DNA from: Myxococcota bacterium
GTDB taxonomy: Bacteria > Myxococcota_A > UBA9042 > PHBI01 > JAWLBL01
Reading direction: 5' to 3'
NCBI GenBank assembly: GCA_041687695.1
Contig: JAWLBL010000003.1
Span: 119,660-183,659 of the forward strand
Length of the DNA stretch: 64,000 bases
A program made the translations under genes and the position numbers. This document shows, piece after piece, positions 60,146-64,000 of this stretch (its first letter is position 1; every line of letters starts with the position of its first letter). A model generated the notes under the pieces. The model did not search any database. It was not told the origin of the DNA and saw only the letters and a list, made by a program, of their open reading frames with translations.

Positions 60146-61045
60146 TCAGGCCAGCGCCTGGGCCAGCGTCTCGGGCCCCAGCACGCGTCGCACGTAGTCG
60201 GCGATGCGCTTCTTCAGGCGCACCTCCAGCTGCCGCGCGCGCTCCTTGGACACCCCGAAGCGCCGCCCGATGTCCTCGAGGCGCACCGGCTCCTCGGCGG
60301 TGAGGCGCTCGTCCCAGAGCGCCGCCTCGCGCGGCCCCAGCGTCGCCCGCAGCTCCGCCAGGACGCTCGCCGTCCGCTCGCGCAGCTCGGCTTCGGTCGC
60401 CAGCGCCTCGGGATCGGGCCGGTCGGGGTCGGCGGTCAGCTCCGATCGCGGCGAGCCGCCCTCGACGAGCGGTGCGTCCAGGCTGGTCGCCGCGTAGTCC
60501 AGCACGGGCGCCAGCTGGTCCAGGTCCGCCTCCGTCACGCCCAGGCGCTCGGCCAGGCGCGCGTGGGTCGGCTCGAGGCCCTCCTGTTCCAAGGCCCGCC
60601 GCTCGCGCTCGAGCCGCCAGAAGAGCTTGCGGCCGGCGCGGCTGCCGGTGTGGACCACGTGGCGGTTGGCCTGGATCCAGGTCAGGATGCGCGCGCGGAT
60701 CCAGAAGGCCGCGTAGGTCGGGAACGGGATCCCGCGGCTCGCGTCGAAGCGCGAGATCGCCTCGACCAGGCCGACGTTGCCCTCGGCGACCAGCTCCATC
60801 AGCTCGGCCCAGCTGCGCGTCAGCTGGGTCGCGATGCGGACGACCAGGCGCACGTTCGAGGCCACCAGCCGCGCGGCGAGGCGCGGGTCCTGGGTGCGCT
60901 GGTACTCCTGGGCCAGGCGCGCCTGCTCGTCGGCGGGCAGCAGGGTCACGTGACGCAGCGAGGCCATGTGCAGGTCGCGGGCCGAGGGGCCGGCGATGGC
61001 GACGTCGGAGCGGTTGCGGCGATAGGCGGTGGCGGCGTTGATCAT
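60146..61045 (-). CDS. RNA polymerase sigma factor, RpoH/sigma-32-like
   Basis: LVASNVRLVVRIA, EGNVGLVEAISRFD, FPTYAAFWIRA, RpoH-box-like RKLFWRL, LEDIGRRFGVSKERARQLE. Confidence 0.9.
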   Translation of the reverse strand: MINAATAYRRNRSDVAIAGPSARDLHMASLRHVTLLPADEQARLAQEYQRTQDPRLAARLVASNVRLVVRIATQLTRSWAELMELVAEGNVGLVEAISRFDASRGIPFPTYAAFWIRARILTWIQANRHVVHTGSRAGRKLFWRLERERRALEQEGLEPTHARLAERLGVTEADLDQLAPVLDYAATSLDAPLVEGGSPRSELTADPDRPDPEALATEAELRERTASVLAELRATLGPREAALWDERLTAEEPVRLEDIGRRFGVSKERARQLEVRLKKRIADYVRRVLGPETLAQALA

Positions 61046-61235
61046 GGGACCTCTGGAGCACGTGAGCGCCCCGGCCACGCGCCGGGGACACCCTCAGGCT
61101 TCAGCAAGGTCCGGGCCAAATCGCCCCACCGGCGTCGGCGGCAGGCCCGCCATGGATCCGCGCGGGCCGAAGCGCCCGCCGCGGCGACCGCGATGGGGCC
61201 CTGTCACACGCGCAAATGTGCCAAAAGGCACACCG

Positions 61236-61736
61236 TCAGGCGGCGACCTCGAGATCGTCGGGGGTCGCCGAGACGTTCACGCCCGACGACTCGACCCGAT
61301 ACTCGACACGCTCGCCTATGGTGGCCAGGGCCCGAATGCGCACCTTGGTCCCGGCGGCCAGCGGCATCACCGCGTTCTTGAGCACCGCCTGGGCGCCGCG
61401 CACGCTGAAGTCCAGGGTCGCGATGATGTACGGGTCCTTGCGCGGCTCGGCCTCGAGGCGCGCGGCGATGAGCGGGAACTCCTCTTCGCGCCAGCGGATC
61501 GACACGTCACCCACGCCGCCCGGCAGGCGGCCCGTCACGACCAGCTGCATCCGCTGGTCCATGTGGAAGGTGACGATGATGTCCTCGAGGCCCAGCTCGT
61601 CGACCACGGGCAGGCTGAAGTGCTCGGCCTGCTCGTGCAGCGCCTTGGCCAGCTGGCGGGCGAAGCGCTCGTCGAAGCGCTCGATGCCCTCGCCGAGGCG
61701 CGAGATGAGGCCGCCGAGGCTGTCGTATTCGGTCAT
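61236..61736 (-). CDS. Hypothetical protein
   Basis: GC3-biased frame, GGAG RBS, coupled to the upstream gene. Confidence 0.7.
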   Translation of the reverse strand: MTEYDSLGGLISRLGEGIERFDERFARQLAKALHEQAEHFSLPVVDELGLEDIIVTFHMDQRMQLVVTGRLPGGVGDVSIRWREEEFPLIAARLEAEPRKDPYIIATLDFSVRGAQAVLKNAVMPLAAGTKVRIRALATIGERVEYRVESSGVNVSATPDDLEVAA

Positions 61737-61740
61737 GGGG

Positions 61741-62094
61741 CTACTCCGGGAGGCAACGCTCCGCGTCGGGCAGCGACTGCGCGCGGAGCACGCAGCGATA
61801 ATCGCTGACCTTGAGGTTGGCGCCGAAGAGCCGGTCACGACACCCGATGAGGGCGTCCGCCCCGTCGTCCATGGCCTCGCAGGCCCGCCCGGCGAAGGCG
61901 CCGGCGACGTCGCCCAGCAGCCCGTCGCGCGCGCCGCCCGCCGCCTGCTGCACCTGCAGCGTGCACAGCTTGCGGCAGGCGTGGCGCACCTGCGGCTCGT
62001 CGGCCGACACGAAGCGCTCGTGCAGCCCGAAGCTGAAGGCGGCCAGGGCCGCGCCGACGACGGCCATCAGGATGAGCACGGTGCGCAGGCTCAC
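61741..62094 (-). CDS. Small exported/membrane protein with seven Cys
   Basis: N-terminal hydrophobic segment; GTGA overlap with the hydrolase gene. Confidence 0.65.
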   Translation of the reverse strand: MSLRTVLILMAVVGAALAAFSFGLHERFVSADEPQVRHACRKLCTLQVQQAAGGARDGLLGDVAGAFAGRACEAMDDGADALIGCRDRLFGANLKVSDYRCVLRAQSLPDAERCLPE

Positions 62095-63194
62095 GCGCTC
62101 ACCTCGCGCCGGCGGCGCACGACCCGCGGGTGGGCCGGGCCGTCGGAGGAGCCGGCGCGCGTCGAGGCGGTGGTGGCCGCGCCGGGGTGCGCCTGCGCGT
62201 GCTCGTTCAGCCAGCCCAGGACGTGCGGCCAGACCTCCTCGCGGGCGTGGTCGCCCAGGACGAGGTCGATGTGGCCGTAGTCGTGGCGGCAGCCGCTGTC
62301 GCGACCGAAGGCCGAGTAGCGCTTGTCGGTGCTGCCCACGGACTCGTAGACCCCCCGCAGATCACCGGCGGGCGTCAGCTGGTCGGCCGTGCCCGCGATG
62401 ACGTAGAGCGGCGCGGTGATCTGGCGCAAGCTCTCGGAGTAGCTGACGAATCCGTAGTGGTTCACCATGTTGCTCCCGGCGTACCAGTCGGCCAGCTGCT
62501 TGACGAGGCTGGCGGGGATGTCCTCCAAGGCGCAGCGCATCAGGCGCGACGCCTCGCTGGGGGCGAGGTTGTCGGGGTTGACGATGAGGTGACCGGTCCA
62601 GCGCAGGGTCCGCGCGAGCAGCGGCGACAGCGCGCTGCCGAGGCGGCCCTGGGGGATGCGGCCAATGTACTTCAGGAGCCCCCGCATGGGCACGATCGCG
62701 TCCAGCAGCGGCTGGTGGACGGCGCGCATCGAGGGCGAGCCGATGGTGACCATGCTGGCCGCCCAGTCGTTGCCCTGGGTGGCGAGGAAGGCGTAGCCGA
62801 GCATGCCGCCCATCGAGTGGCCGACCCAGTGGACGCGGTCGCGGCCGGTGACGCGCCTGACGTAGCGGATGGCGGCCGGGACGTCGTGGTAGAGGTAGTC
62901 GTCGAAGTTCCAGTCGAAGCGGTGGCGGTTCCAGGGCCGCGGGCGCGACGAGCGGCCGGCGCCGCGCAGCTCGAGCACCCACACGTCCCAGCCGTGCTCG
63001 TGAAGGAAGCGCGCGATCGACCGCTCGCCCGGGGCGTCGAGGTCGAAGCGGTTCGAGCTGAGGCCGTGGCACAGGATGACGGTGTCGATGGCGTCGCCGG
63101 GCGGGCGCTGCGCGTAGTGGTGGAGCGCGATCTTCCAGCCGTCACGGGTGGTGACGCGGTGGAGCCTGGGGCGATCTGGGCGACGAAGCATCAT
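62091..63194 (-). CDS. Alpha/beta fold hydrolase (PhaC/lipase-like)
   Basis: TRDGWKIALH, LCHGL, ELRGAG, VGHSMGG, AGTADQL, YGHIDL. Confidence 0.9.
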   Translation of the reverse strand: MMLRRPDRPRLHRVTTRDGWKIALHHYAQRPPGDAIDTVILCHGLSSNRFDLDAPGERSIARFLHEHGWDVWVLELRGAGRSSRPRPWNRHRFDWNFDDYLYHDVPAAIRYVRRVTGRDRVHWVGHSMGGMLGYAFLATQGNDWAASMVTIGSPSMRAVHQPLLDAIVPMRGLLKYIGRIPQGRLGSALSPLLARTLRWTGHLIVNPDNLAPSEASRLMRCALEDIPASLVKQLADWYAGSNMVNHYGFVSYSESLRQITAPLYVIAGTADQLTPAGDLRGVYESVGSTDKRYSAFGRDSGCRHDYGHIDLVLGDHAREEVWPHVLGWLNEHAQAHPGAATTASTRAGSSDGPAHPRVVRRRREVSA

Positions 63195-63250
63195 GTCGCC
63201 AGCGTAGCAAAATTTCCGATTTCCGCGCGATTTTCACCGCTTGGGGGCCA

Positions 63251-64000
63251 TCATTGCGCCTCGTCGGTGCGCTCGGCGGCCAGCTCCTTGCCGGCGAAGA
63301 GGACCAGGGAGGCCCACAGGGCGAGGGCGCCGACGACGGCGAGGACGGCCAGCGAGTCGGCGGTGGGCAGCGGGCTGTGCAGGGCCGCGGTGAGCGGGTT
63401 GGCGGCGCCGGCGTCGCGCAGGCCCAGCAGGTTGGCGAGGTGGGCGCGCAGGGCCAGGTAGCCGACGCGGCCCGGGACCAGGCCGACGACGAACTCGACG
63501 AGGCCGATGTGCACGAGGCCCACGAAGAAGCCGCGGCGGAACACCAGGCTGACCAGGAGGTAGAGCGCGACGTAGGTGGCGGTGCCGAGGAGGGTGACCA
63601 GGACGTGGTCGCCGAGGGCGGGATCGATGGGCAGGTCGGCGAGGGCGGGGGCGACCAGGATGGCGGCCAGGGCGGGCGCCTGGACGAGGACGGCCAGCAG
63701 CCAGGCGGCCAGAGCGCGGCCGAGCAGGAAGGCGCGGCGCGGGACCGGGCGCAACAGGACCCAGGTCAGGGTGCCTCGGTCGAGCTCGTCGCCCACGACG
63801 GCCATGGCGTAGAAGAGCGAGACGAAGGGCATCAGGAAGCCCAGGTGCAGGTCGCGGACGGCCGTGGCGAAGGCGAAGTCGGCGCCGGCGGGGTCGGATT
63901 GGGTGACGCTGGCGACGGCGGCGACGGCCACCAGGGCGGCGGCGCCCAGCGGGAGGGCGAGGCGGCGAGGGTGCGCGAGCTGGCGGGTGAAGCTGGTGGC
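63251..64000 (-). CDS. ABC-2 type transporter permease (5' end outside the window)
   Basis: VGDELDRGTLTWVLLRPVPR..FLLGR; multiple TM helices. Confidence 0.8.
   Translation of the reverse strand, partial: ATSFTRQLAHPRRLALPLGAAALVAVAAVASVTQSDPAGADFAFATAVRDLHLGFLMPFVSLFYAMAVVGDELDRGTLTWVLLRPVPRRAFLLGRALAAWLLAVLVQAPALAAILVAPALADLPIDPALGDHVLVTLLGTATYVALYLLVSLVFRRGFFVGLVHIGLVEFVVGLVPGRVGYLALRAHLANLLGLRDAGAANPLTAALHSPLPTADSLAVLAVVGALALWASLVLFAGKELAAERTDEAQ

Overview
Very GC-rich bacterial chromosomal segment, most consistent with Myxococcota or a related deltaproteobacterial lineage. The signs are Ser/Thr kinases, PEGA/TPR/CHAT proteins, Cys-rich lipoproteins, an RpoH-like sigma factor and a short EF-Ts. 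About 50 genes look real; most of the long Arg/Pro/Gly-rich ORFs in the track are shadow frames. Housekeeping content: rpsB-tsf-pyrH-frr, glnB-glnA, greB, nth, recO, mgtE, comEC, a LolC/E-type permease and a Fe/B12-type ABC importer. Accessory content: a kinase-GNAT-CHAT operon, a TPR-M48 protease, a kinase/PEGA/LamG operon, an OmpA-TSP3 (TraB-like) protein, a Cys-rich lipoprotein with a TonB receptor, and FGE-domain and CAP-domain repeat proteins. The least explained signals are non-coding. (i) An array of six tandem stem-loops with variable loops and a strict 41/42-bp period lies at the 3' end of a Uma2 nuclease gene. (ii) A 166-bp MITE sits in a stop codon and supplies a new RBS and in-frame ATG to the downstream DNA glycosylase. 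(iii) A 187-bp CAGGG...CCCTG hairpin MITE with a 10-bp target duplication (ISAs1-like) lies next to the rpsB promoter. (iv) A G-rich array with a ~42-bp period. (v) A LexA-like palindrome overlaps the promoter of a PA0069-family radical SAM gene. No rRNA, tRNA, transposase, reverse transcriptase or canonical CRISPR array was seen. Product calls come from motif recognition only, with no database searches, and many start codons are my estimates.
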